DNA of 64,000 nt. It comes from a virus. Below the pieces are notes generated by a model. The model had not been told where the DNA came from. It saw nothing but the letters and a program-made list of their open reading frames with translations, and made no database searches. Position numbers and translations under genes: made by a program. Positions 1 through 9,562 of the stretch are shown in pieces. The stretch spans positions 1-64,000 of IMG/VR virus record IMGVR_UViG_3300022750_000001, one strand, 5' to 3'. Every line of letters begins with the position of its first letter. The first letter of the stretch is position 1.

Positions 1-279
1 TATTCAGCAGGAATACGTTTATACACAGATGGGAGTTTTTCCCTAAGTGCAATGTATATAGACTATATTAAAAAAGTAGATTATATACACAATGCAGCAG
101 CTTCCCAAACAGGTCAGTATAAATTGGCTGATGGAACATTACTAACAGGTACTAAAAGTTCACCCTTTAGTAGTGATATAGAAGATGAGATTGTAGACTT
201 AGCAGTTCTTATAACTACAGGTAACTTACAGATACCTGACTATCAGTTGAAGATGGCTAACCTGAAACTAAATGACTAA
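1..279 (+). CDS. hypothetical virion-module protein, C-terminal fragment (5' end outside window)
   Basis: Frame 1 is open from base 1 (YSAGIRLYTDGSF...) through the listed 52..279 ORF to TAA at 277-279. The gene therefore starts upstream of the window. No motif recognised. Confidence 0.5.
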   Translation, partial: YSAGIRLYTDGSFSLSAMYIDYIKKVDYIHNAAASQTGQYKLADGTLLTGTKSSPFSSDIEDEIVDLAVLITTGNLQIPDYQLKMANLKLND

Positions 280-312
280 CAAAATTAATTAACAATTTAA
301 AAATTAAACAAA

Positions 313-1353
313 ATGATTAGTAGCAACCCTTTATTTCAAATACTTTTCACAAGTGGAAACAAAGCTTTAGCAGCAGCAGGTACTAGACCTGACGAATTAA
401 CCCCAGGTCAACTAGGTTTCTTTGACTACAATACAGGGTTAGCTGTAACTGCCGCCAATGCAAAAACCACTAGGCAAATCTTTATTGCTGTAGGGAAGAG
501 TACTACAGGTAGTACAACTACCTCAAACAACATAGCTAAATCCGCTGCTGAGTATATCTTAGTAGGTGGTATTCAATCAGCTATCGGTAAAGAAGCAGTA
601 GCCCCTGTAGCGCAGATATTAACTTATAATATCGGTGACATCAAACCTTTAACTGATTACGGTATTAAGTTAGAGATTCGTAATCAGGAAGCTTATGCTA
701 ACTATGGTTACAATGTGCCAAGTAAAATCTTTACTACTACATCAGGTCCTGAAGAAGACTTAGCTACAGGCTTAGCTTCTACTGAAGACTTAATTGATGA
801 CTTAGTAGCAATGGTTAATGCTGACCCTGAGAATCAAGATGGTACACCTTTATTAGTTGCTACTAAAGTTGATGCTGATACTTTCACTATTACCATTAAT
901 CCAATGGCAATGGAACAGTATGCAGGTGTTAACTTAAAGTATGCTAATCCTCGTGGTACTTTAGCTATTCCATCTTTAATTGGCTTCGAAGAAAACCCAG
1001 TATCTCCTTCAACTGTAACTGAAACTCAAGCAATGGTCTATGCTCAAGGTTCAGGTTATGACTTGATGGAACTTGAATATGAAGCAGGTGGTTGGAATGG
1101 TAATCCAGGCATTTATCGTAACTCTGACGTAACTGGTTTTGAAAGAGGTATCTCTGAAGCAGTTAGAACAGGTGTTTATGATACCTTCTCAATCGGATAT
1201 ATCAACAAAGGTGTTGGTGGTGGTTTAGAGTATGGTAAGTCTTTATTGACTATCATTGCTTGCGGTGCAGGTGAGACCAGTGCTAAAACTGCATTAAATA
1301 CTTTTGTAACAGGTTTAAATGGTGTAGGTTCGACTAACGTAACTGTGGACTAA
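313..1353 (+). CDS. putative major capsid protein (assigned by position only)
   Basis: 346-aa ATG-initiated ORF, Ala/Gly/Thr-rich and non-repetitive. It is followed 28 nt later by the strongest intrinsic terminator in the window, as expected for a very highly expressed late gene. No diagnostic motif was recognised. Confidence 0.4.
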   Translation: MISSNPLFQILFTSGNKALAAAGTRPDELTPGQLGFFDYNTGLAVTAANAKTTRQIFIAVGKSTTGSTTTSNNIAKSAAEYILVGGIQSAIGKEAVAPVAQILTYNIGDIKPLTDYGIKLEIRNQEAYANYGYNVPSKIFTTTSGPEEDLATGLASTEDLIDDLVAMVNADPENQDGTPLLVATKVDADTFTITINPMAMEQYAGVNLKYANPRGTLAIPSLIGFEENPVSPSTVTETQAMVYAQGSGYDLMELEYEAGGWNGNPGIYRNSDVTGFERGISEAVRTGVYDTFSIGYINKGVGGGLEYGKSLLTIIACGAGETSAKTALNTFVTGLNGVGSTNVTVD

Positions 1354-1380
1354 TTAAACCCAATCTTATTAATAGTAAAG

Positions 1381-1417
1381 CAGTCTTGTAAGAATACCTT
1401 TTACAAGACTGTTTTTT
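1381..1417 (+). terminator. rho-independent terminator after the capsid-candidate gene
   Basis: Perfect 11-bp stem CAGTCTTGTAA (1381-1391) / TTACAAGACTG (1401-1411) with a 9-nt loop, followed by TTTTTT (1412-1417). Confidence 0.8.
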
Positions 1418-1443
1418 ATAAACTCATTTTAACAATAAACAAG

Positions 1444-3087
1444 ATGCCATTATTACCTAAGAGTGAAGACTTAATAAAACTTATTTCCACTAGAGTTGGG
1501 AATGGTTATATAGGGACTACCCTAAAGAGGATAGTAACAACTATAGATACTCTTATACAAGAGAATGTAGGAAGTGGTGGAGGAGGTGGCGGAGGCTTAT
1601 CTCTTGGTGAAACCCCAACTACAGCTTATGCAGGTAATAAGGGTAAGCAAGCTTTAGATAACTCTAACAATGCACTCTCTCAAATTAACACTTTAAAGGG
1701 AGGTTCTACTGAAACTATTGCTGCTTTAAAGGCTGCATTAACAACAGTTCAGAATAGTAATAGTAGTAATACTCAAGCTATCAGTGATTTGATGACTTTA
1801 TTAAACTCTGATAACAGTGCATTAGATACAATCCAAGAGATTGTTGATTACATCGAAAATAACAAGACTACACTAGATTCTGTATTAGTTAATAAACTAA
1901 ACAAATCTGTGTATGATTCTTTTATTATAAGTAACAATCAAGCTTTAGCTAACAAGGTAGACAAAGATGGTGCTAAGGTATTATCTGATGTTAACTACAC
2001 TACAGCCAAAGATACTAAGTTAAATGGTGTACAAACAGGGGCACAAGTCAACAGTGTTGATATTAGCACTTTTACTACTGGTACTTTAAATGATGACAGA
2101 TTATCTACTAAAGTAGTTAAGAAAGGTAGTGATGAACTAATTCCAATTGCAGATTTACCTGAAGCTAACTTAGTAGATTTAGTAGACTCAGGTGATTTTG
2201 AGTTTAGCACCAATGGTAAACAAAGAATCAGAAGAGATACTTTAATAACTATTATCCAAAATCAAATTGCTATGTCAGGTGGTAATACTACTCCTGATGC
2301 CCCTACTGCATTTGTAACCAATGATACAGATAAAACTGCTGATTGGACTAATACAGCAGGGTTTGCTAATATTGCAGACTATGAAAAAACTTTAGATGGT
2401 GGTACTAACTATACAGCAGCAGGTAGTAAACCTTTTACTGTAATAGGTGAGAAAGCCGCAGGACAAGTAGGGATAAGAGTAAAAGCTGCTACAGGTAGAA
2501 ATGCTTCACCTACCCTATATAATACTGTAGCCTTTACCGCAGGTGAAGCTAGTGAAGATTTACTTGCAGGATTTGAATACATAACTGAAGCTGATTTAGC
2601 ACAGTTTAGTGGTGATGCTTATGAGTTCAGTGCTAATGGTTTAGTTACTTATACTAATGGTAGTGGAGACTTAAGATTAAGATTCAATAAAACTTTTAAA
2701 AATGGTAGTCAGATAGCTTTCCGTTATAAAGGGGAAGAGAATAGTATGATGGGTTCAAGACACGATGCTGACCAATATGGTATAGAACAGGGTCTTGCTT
2801 TATCAGCTAGTGATAATGTAATATTCTTTATCAATGCTGTAGGTAATGATTATCCTGCATCTGCTACTGCGGCTATTTTAAATAATTGGTATAGAGGTAC
2901 TTTTAGTGAGAGTACAGGTTACTTCACTTGGGAGACTAGTACTAATGGTACAGTATGGACAGCAGTTGATACTCCAACTGATAGAAGAACAACAGCAGTT
3001 GGTGACTTCTTTGTACTGCAATTCTTTGCAGATGGTGAATATAAAAAATTACACGCTGTTCAATATAAAGGCTTAGATACAGTATAA
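1444..3087 (+). CDS. tail fibre-like protein
   Basis: 547 aa. It has a short N-terminal anchor, a poly-Gly linker (GSGGGGGGG) and an ETPTTAYAGNKG motif. A long Asn/Ser/Thr/Leu-rich shaft-like region leads to an aromatic-rich globular C-terminus. TAATG overlap with the next gene. Confidence 0.55.
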   Translation: MPLLPKSEDLIKLISTRVGNGYIGTTLKRIVTTIDTLIQENVGSGGGGGGGLSLGETPTTAYAGNKGKQALDNSNNALSQINTLKGGSTETIAALKAALTTVQNSNSSNTQAISDLMTLLNSDNSALDTIQEIVDYIENNKTTLDSVLVNKLNKSVYDSFIISNNQALANKVDKDGAKVLSDVNYTTAKDTKLNGVQTGAQVNSVDISTFTTGTLNDDRLSTKVVKKGSDELIPIADLPEANLVDLVDSGDFEFSTNGKQRIRRDTLITIIQNQIAMSGGNTTPDAPTAFVTNDTDKTADWTNTAGFANIADYEKTLDGGTNYTAAGSKPFTVIGEKAAGQVGIRVKAATGRNASPTLYNTVAFTAGEASEDLLAGFEYITEADLAQFSGDAYEFSANGLVTYTNGSGDLRLRFNKTFKNGSQIAFRYKGEENSMMGSRHDADQYGIEQGLALSASDNVIFFINAVGNDYPASATAAILNNWYRGTFSESTGYFTWETSTNGTVWTAVDTPTDRRTTAVGDFFVLQFFADGEYKKLHAVQYKGLDTV

Positions 3088-6000
3088 TGAAAACAACAAG
3101 AAGATTTATTACAGGTAATACTCCACCAGTACAGGGGGAACTTCCAGTTAATGTTCCTTTGTATCTTACAAGCTTACAAGCACCCCCTCAACCTATTATG
3201 AATGACCTCTTTAGGGGATTGAATGAAGCACCACAAGATTTCTATGGTGCTTTATTCCAAGACCCTGATACATATCATGATTTCCCTACAGGAATGAATC
3301 CAGTTATTAGTGGGTTTATTGTGGGGGCAGCCTCATCTTCACAGACAGGTAGAGAGTTTAGAATCTATGGTGTGAATAATGATGACTCAGAAGACTTGTT
3401 ATTAACATACTCAGGTGCAGGTACTTTTAATATTACACCAAAAGCTTATAAAAGATTAAGATATAATGTTAGGTCAAATGGTAGACCTAACTTTTTAAAG
3501 TTATTAGGTACATTTAATAGTGTATCTATACCTGATTTACCATATACTAAGTATACTTTGGGTGGTCATATGGGTACTAATATTCATCCATACTCAATCT
3601 TAGAGAATCCAAATGATGCAAATGACAGATATAATGTCTTTCCATCTGCAATGGATATGGCTAAGAAGATGGGTGGACTAAGAATATATGTTGATAATCA
3701 AAACATCAATGAAGTACAGAATGAGTTTACTTTTGATAAAGATAGACAAGGTTATGCAATAGACAACATGATGCTACAGCTTCATAATGAGGGAGTTAAT
3801 GTAGTTTGGTGTATGCAAGCACTTACTCAATGGCAGTTTGCAACCTATCCTCCTGTAGTAGCCCCTGAGCCTGAAAACTGGGAAAGAGTTCCAGTATTCT
3901 ACAATGCAGATAGGTTAAACCCTGCATCATGGGAACCTTATGCAGAGATTGCATTTCAAATTGCATTAAGATATGGTAGTAATACAAACCACACTTTATC
4001 AGAAAGTAAAAGTAAAGATGAATACTTCTATCCAAATGACCCAAGTGCAGGTGCATGGACTAAGAAGATAGGGTTAGGTTACTTAACTGAGATAGAACCA
4101 TACAATGAGATTGATAAATGGTGGAAAGGATTAGAGTCTTATGCTTCAGCAGAGGAACTTGCAGTTGGTATGAATGTTATCTATCAAAGGATTAAAGATG
4201 CTGACCCTAATATGAAGGTTACTTATCCAGGTATAGCTTCATTCTCTCCTGATATGCTTCAAGAGTTTGTATATCACTCAAAGAGGTTATACAATAGAAT
4301 ACCAGTAGATAACTATGCTTACCATGTTTATCCATCAACATCAGGAAGTCAGTATGCAAGTGGTGAATCAGTTGGTGCTGTACCTGAACTTTGGTACTAC
4401 CCTGAGTCTATGTCAAACTTTAGGAAATCAATCCAACACAGATTAGGTAATAAGCCTTTTGATTGTGGTGAGATTGGTTTTGATTCTACTACAAACTCTC
4501 CCCTAAGGGCAGTACCCCCTACTGGTAGTGGTTATACACAAAGACAGTGGGCAGGTATAATGTATCTTAGGGTTGCTCTATTTAATGCAAAGAATGGTGT
4601 AAGAAGAACATATCACTATCAGTGGAACGACTTAAGTGATGACCAGTATAATCAGTTTTCTGCAATGGGTATGTGCCATGTTACAGGGAACTCACCAAAT
4701 AAAGTATTTACACCATACCCTAATCTATATCTTATGGGTCAGGTAAGAGACTTATTTGGTAACTATACTCATGATAGTCAACTATCTTCTTCACCTTTAG
4801 TGGACAAGTGGGTATATCAAGGTAGTGTTATGTACTCTGTATACAACCCTACTGAGACTAATCTTTCACAGAACTATAATTTACCATTGCCAACTGGTAC
4901 AAAGATTGAAGTAATTGATTTAAATCTTAGTAGCTTTACCCCAACTGTAACTCAAGTAACAACAACAGGAAGTGTCTATACAGTAAATTGTATTGAGAAA
5001 CCTAAGTTCATTAGAGTAGTAGAAGAGGGACAAGGAAGCACAGGACTTGCAGCTTTAGATGCAACTATGGATGCTATATGGGAAAATCGTATTTCAGCTA
5101 GAGATGCTAAGAAACAAAATGGTTCTCAAGCATTAAAAGGTGATGGAGTATTTATACTACCATGTAGAAAAGGTACAAGAGATATGCATTGGGTTGGACC
5201 TGAGAATCCACTATTAGGTATGCCTTACTTAGATTATCAAGATAGGTTTATTGATAACTATTCATTACCTTTTGTATGGTATAAAAATGCAAGTGGTTAT
5301 ATTCATGCATCAGATGAGACAGATGGACTTTCAGAAGAGAGAACAGTTACAATGTCTTTACTGTTTCCTGACTATCAGATATATGAAGGTTTCCTAAAAG
5401 CTTATGGTACTGTATACTTAGGTACATCTAATGCAAGGAACTCTAATACCTCTCCATTTACTCTAAGCCTAAGAACAACTAATGATGATACAACTAACTT
5501 AGAAGTACCTAACTTTGCAGTAAATGCAGTTCACCATATAGTTTATGTGATGAAGAGAGAGGGTAATGAGAGTGAAAACCCAGGTAAGATTGGAGTTAAA
5601 CTTTGGTTAGATGGTGTTTTACTGAATCCATCTTTAAGCAAAGAGACTTTCAATACACTAAAAAGAATTGAAGTAATAGGTGCTGATACTAACTGTATGA
5701 CTATGGGCTTCTTAGAGATGTCTACTGCATATAGAGCAATGAGTACTTCTGATATTAATGCTACCTTCAATGCTTTAAAAGCTTTCTATGGTAACTTTAA
5801 TACACCTATCAATCTACCAACCCCTACAAACATTAATGTAACTAAGGTAGGTAATCAGGTGACAGCTACTATTGAAATAATTAAGTCACTAGGTTTTGCA
5901 GAAGATTTATCTAAGAGGGTTGTTATTTGGGAAAGAGGTGTCTTGTTACAGACTATGTATCAGATAAATGAACTAAATAATTTATCAACTTTTAATATTT

Positions 6001-6107
6001 CTACTGCCTCAGGTAGTGGTAGTGCTTGGAGATGTAGTATCTTTATCACCGATACAAATAACAATCAATTAAAATTACCTGCCATTTGGTTTGGTAACTT
6101 ATCATAA
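3087..6107 (+). CDS. tail spike/fibre with clan GH-A (GH5-like) glycoside hydrolase domain and C-terminal LamG/concanavalin-like region
   Basis: 1006 aa. GH-A signature is present in canonical order and spacing. Acid/base Asn-Glu is in IEPYNEID (E341, nt 4107-4109), His-x-Tyr is in YAYHVYPS (H413), and the nucleophile Glu is in CGEIGFD (E462, nt 4470-4472). The C-terminal part contains a LamG-like stretch (IGVKLWLDGVLLN). Confidence 0.6.
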   Translation: MKTTRRFITGNTPPVQGELPVNVPLYLTSLQAPPQPIMNDLFRGLNEAPQDFYGALFQDPDTYHDFPTGMNPVISGFIVGAASSSQTGREFRIYGVNNDDSEDLLLTYSGAGTFNITPKAYKRLRYNVRSNGRPNFLKLLGTFNSVSIPDLPYTKYTLGGHMGTNIHPYSILENPNDANDRYNVFPSAMDMAKKMGGLRIYVDNQNINEVQNEFTFDKDRQGYAIDNMMLQLHNEGVNVVWCMQALTQWQFATYPPVVAPEPENWERVPVFYNADRLNPASWEPYAEIAFQIALRYGSNTNHTLSESKSKDEYFYPNDPSAGAWTKKIGLGYLTEIEPYNEIDKWWKGLESYASAEELAVGMNVIYQRIKDADPNMKVTYPGIASFSPDMLQEFVYHSKRLYNRIPVDNYAYHVYPSTSGSQYASGESVGAVPELWYYPESMSNFRKSIQHRLGNKPFDCGEIGFDSTTNSPLRAVPPTGSGYTQRQWAGIMYLRVALFNAKNGVRRTYHYQWNDLSDDQYNQFSAMGMCHVTGNSPNKVFTPYPNLYLMGQVRDLFGNYTHDSQLSSSPLVDKWVYQGSVMYSVYNPTETNLSQNYNLPLPTGTKIEVIDLNLSSFTPTVTQVTTTGSVYTVNCIEKPKFIRVVEEGQGSTGLAALDATMDAIWENRISARDAKKQNGSQALKGDGVFILPCRKGTRDMHWVGPENPLLGMPYLDYQDRFIDNYSLPFVWYKNASGYIHASDETDGLSEERTVTMSLLFPDYQIYEGFLKAYGTVYLGTSNARNSNTSPFTLSLRTTNDDTTNLEVPNFAVNAVHHIVYVMKREGNESENPGKIGVKLWLDGVLLNPSLSKETFNTLKRIEVIGADTNCMTMGFLEMSTAYRAMSTSDINATFNALKAFYGNFNTPINLPTPTNINVTKVGNQVTATIEIIKSLGFAEDLSKRVVIWERGVLLQTMYQINELNNLSTFNISTASGSGSAWRCSIFITDTNNNQLKLPAIWFGNLS

Positions 6108-6112
6108 CTGAT

Positions 6113-8830
6113 ATGACTACAACAGAATTAAGAAGATTACTAAGGTTAATAAGGATTAAAGTTAAGGAGGTTAAGGGGGGACTCTTAACCAACAAGGCTT
6201 TAGCTGAAGTCTTAGAGCAGCTAGTAATGGAGATTGATGAGGGTGAGAGTGGAACATCTTATGACTTCCTTAATGGATTAACTGAACTCAATGGTGAAGT
6301 TAATCTTGGGGGGAGTTATGAAGGTTATGTACAGATAGGAGACCATACAGTACAAAGCTATATAACACTTGGTAATGATATAGCCTTCTTTGGTAACAAT
6401 GGTGCAGGATTTACAGCATTCAATGGGGATGTGGCTATGTCTTATACAGACTTAGATTTTAATACTCAACAGTTTCACATGAGTGCTGAAGGTATCACAT
6501 TTACAGATACCTTGTTTGAGAAAGGTGCAGGTGATTGGGGAGACTACTCAGCTAATAAGACAGCTTACTCTTACATAACTAAACAAATGTTAGAGGATGC
6601 CTTACCTGAAGACATCTATGTTAAAAGGTCAGGTGATACCATGACTGGTAACTTAACCTTTGGCTTTGATGATAATACAGGTGGTAACATAAACCCTGAT
6701 GCAGGAGTTGGTTTATTCTTTAACAATGGTTTTACAGACTATGGTGCAGTTTACTATGAGAGTACTGGTGACCAAAATGAATCTTCTAACCTTATTATAG
6801 AGACAGGAGATAATAATCCTGATAGTCCTTTAGGTGCTAATGAGGGTATTATCTTTAGACATTGGAATGGAGAGATTGGACAGATAGCAGAAAACTACTT
6901 AAGACTAACTCCACGTAAATTTGTTTATAGGAATCAAAATGTTGTTAGGTCTGTTAATGGGATTGAAGCTGATATAGAAGGTAATGTATATGTAGATACT
7001 GTACAAGAAGGTGACTATATTATTGCTGACCCAGTATTTGCACAAGATGCAGATATATGGCTACAAGGTTCAGTAACTGCTATAGATGTAAGGGCTAGTG
7101 ATAGTGTTTACACACCTTCATTTAATTTATTAGGTGGTGATGGAGAGAGTACATGGACTATTAGAAATAAGGCTCAGGCTTTTGCAGTGTCTAACTTTGG
7201 TGGAAGTGAAACAAAGTTTGCTGTAGATAATGCTTTTACTTACTTATATAATGCTTTAAATATAGTTGGTCCTACAGGTAGAGGTTCAATCATCTCATCT
7301 ATAGATGAGAATGAACTCCCAGGTCAAGGTGGTACAGCAGTTAGTTTAAACTTTAACTCTAATGAACATGAAGCATCTATAAGGTATCAGCCTGGTGCAA
7401 CTGAAGTTAAGAGATTAAGTGTATTTGTAGATGGTGGTGCCATACAAGAAAGAATTGCTTATCTAAGTGATATTGTTACAGGTGGTGATGTTTATACTTC
7501 AGGTGGACCAGGTGCTAGAAACTATATAACTAAAGAAACAGAGTTTGCTAATAGTTTGATTATTAATGGTGCTCCTTATGCAACAGAAAATTTTAATTTA
7601 GTAGGCACAAATGTTTCTGATGGCAAAGTTTATAGAATTGACCCTGCTTTATTTAGTGGGGGTTCTTCTTATGAGTTTGAAAATGGATTAAATGAAAGTT
7701 TAGGAGTAGTTGGATTAGGTGGTAGTTTAAATGAAGGTGCTACAATTATAGGTGGTGGCACACAACCTACTATGATATTTGGGAATGGAGTAAACAAAAG
7801 TTTATTATCTATACTAGGTGATGGAATTGGTAATGGTGCCTTAACTTCATTAGATATTCTTGCAGAAGATGGCTCTTATAATGCTTTATTTGGAGTTCAG
7901 ACTGATGCAGGAGGTTCTCCAATTACTTTAAATATTAATACATTAACAGGAGCAAGATTTAGAGATGACCTATTAAGTAGAGGTGCAGGTGATGCTGATG
8001 ACTATTCAGCAACCAAGCAAGCCTTAGATTATATCACTAAGCAAATGTTAGAGGATGCTTTAGCAGGAGTTGGTGGAGGTGGTACAACTTATGCTTTTAC
8101 TAATGGTTTAAGTGAAAGTGGTGGTACAGCTAAACTAGGAGGACCTTTACTTAATGCAGTAACTAGGATAGGCACTTTTAATGCAATGGAGTTAGCATTT
8201 CTTAGGGATGGTAATACAGGTGAGAACAATGATTTTATTATTAGGAATAAAAGACCTAGTGGTAATGAGAGTTTCTTATACTTAGGTGGTGCAGGTGGAG
8301 GCTACAATGGTTGGGAGTTAAAGTCTCAGAATGGTAGTAGGTTAAACTCTACAAATGCAGGAGTTTTCCTTGATGATAGTTATGGCTTTAAGTATAACAA
8401 TGATACTATAGCAGCTAAGACATTTCCTGCTGATAACTTTTGGGTGCCACCTGCTAAGTGGTCATTAGATAAATATAAGAGTGATGTCTATACACCAACA
8501 TTATCAATAGTACAAAATGGTAGTAGCCCATCTGCTCAAGGGTTTAGGTATATGAAGATTGATAATACTGTATTTGTAACAGGTTATGTTCAAGTTACTA
8601 TACCTACAGCAGCATTAGGAGGTGGTGTTAGAATATCATTACCAATTGCAAGTGACTTAACTGCCTTTGGAGATGTCACTGGTGTGTCTACAGAGAATTT
8701 TGGAGAAGTGCAAAATACTGTTGAAGCTGATACAACAGCCAATACTGCTACTATCTACTATAATATACCTACAGGTAAAACATTAGGTAGTAGAAACTTT
8801 AATGTATCTTTCAGTTATACAATTAAATAA
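6113..8830 (+). CDS. tail fibre protein with internally duplicated module
   Basis: 905 aa, Gly/Asn/Thr-rich. Three copies of a [ST]Y.F.NGL.E..G...LGG motif start near nt 6257, 7667 and 8087. A GAGD..DYSA.K.A..YITKQMLEDAL block is duplicated at 6524-6604 and 7982-8062. Confidence 0.55.
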   Translation: MTTTELRRLLRLIRIKVKEVKGGLLTNKALAEVLEQLVMEIDEGESGTSYDFLNGLTELNGEVNLGGSYEGYVQIGDHTVQSYITLGNDIAFFGNNGAGFTAFNGDVAMSYTDLDFNTQQFHMSAEGITFTDTLFEKGAGDWGDYSANKTAYSYITKQMLEDALPEDIYVKRSGDTMTGNLTFGFDDNTGGNINPDAGVGLFFNNGFTDYGAVYYESTGDQNESSNLIIETGDNNPDSPLGANEGIIFRHWNGEIGQIAENYLRLTPRKFVYRNQNVVRSVNGIEADIEGNVYVDTVQEGDYIIADPVFAQDADIWLQGSVTAIDVRASDSVYTPSFNLLGGDGESTWTIRNKAQAFAVSNFGGSETKFAVDNAFTYLYNALNIVGPTGRGSIISSIDENELPGQGGTAVSLNFNSNEHEASIRYQPGATEVKRLSVFVDGGAIQERIAYLSDIVTGGDVYTSGGPGARNYITKETEFANSLIINGAPYATENFNLVGTNVSDGKVYRIDPALFSGGSSYEFENGLNESLGVVGLGGSLNEGATIIGGGTQPTMIFGNGVNKSLLSILGDGIGNGALTSLDILAEDGSYNALFGVQTDAGGSPITLNINTLTGARFRDDLLSRGAGDADDYSATKQALDYITKQMLEDALAGVGGGGTTYAFTNGLSESGGTAKLGGPLLNAVTRIGTFNAMELAFLRDGNTGENNDFIIRNKRPSGNESFLYLGGAGGGYNGWELKSQNGSRLNSTNAGVFLDDSYGFKYNNDTIAAKTFPADNFWVPPAKWSLDKYKSDVYTPTLSIVQNGSSPSAQGFRYMKIDNTVFVTGYVQVTIPTAALGGGVRISLPIASDLTAFGDVTGVSTENFGEVQNTVEADTTANTATIYYNIPTGKTLGSRNFNVSFSYTIK

Positions 8831-8870
8831 AAATTTAATTTCCATATATTTACACAAAAAATAAATAATT

Positions 8871-9170
8871 ATGAACTTTGAAGTAGAAAACCAAGAAGTA
8901 GCAGTAGCTAGTCAAGTTGGAGAAATTATTAGAGTAGAGGCTAGTATTAGTACTAGAAAGAAACTACTTGATAAAGAAGGAGTTTTGATTGCTTATACTC
9001 AAGCTGAAACTATTACTATAGGTAAGCAACCTCTAGTACAGCCAGGTCAGGCAGTTACACCTGAACAACAAGCACTAATTGAACTTGAAGCTAAGGCTAA
9101 GAAAGACATTGCTGATATTATAATTCAGTACAAGAAAGATGCTTTAGCTTTGATTGAGAAAAAATCGTAG
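8871..9170 (+). CDS. hypothetical protein
   Basis: 99-aa ATG ORF in the co-directional late block. Acidic/helical C-terminal half. No motif recognised. Confidence 0.55.
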   Translation: MNFEVENQEVAVASQVGEIIRVEASISTRKKLLDKEGVLIAYTQAETITIGKQPLVQPGQAVTPEQQALIELEAKAKKDIADIIIQYKKDALALIEKKS

Positions 9171-9171
9171 T

Positions 9172-9561
9172 ATGAAATTCTTAGGATGGATTAAAGAGTC
9201 CCTACAAGGAAGAGATGGTAAATCATCTCTAAGGTCTTTAACCAATGCTTACACAGTAGTATTCCTTATTACAGCTTTAGTGGTTAATCATATAGTATTA
9301 ACTAACTATGTAATAAGGAATACTAATCCTAATGCTAGAGCAATAGATGTACTTAATGTAAACATATATTTGATATATGGGTTATGTATATATGTATGTC
9401 TATTGTTTGGTATTATAGCTTTCCAATCAATTACCGAGTTTGTGAGGTCAGTTAGAGGACAACCTGCTGCACCTGTAGAGGTAGTAACTCATACACAGAC
9501 TACAACACAAGTTACACCTAGTGTAGCTGAAGAAGAAATTAAAGAAGATAAATCAGAATAA
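9172..9561 (+). CDS. small membrane protein (2 predicted TM segments; holin-like architecture, speculative)
   Basis: The ORF track starts at a TTG (9154) that overlaps the previous gene. The first ATG is at 9172, one base after the upstream TAG. Two hydrophobic helices (YTVVFLITALVVNHIVL and IYLIYGLCIYVCLLFGIIAF) are followed by an acidic C-terminal tail. Confidence 0.5.
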   Translation: MKFLGWIKESLQGRDGKSSLRSLTNAYTVVFLITALVVNHIVLTNYVIRNTNPNARAIDVLNVNIYLIYGLCIYVCLLFGIIAFQSITEFVRSVRGQPAAPVEVVTHTQTTTQVTPSVAEEEIKEDKSE

Positions 9562-9562
9562 A

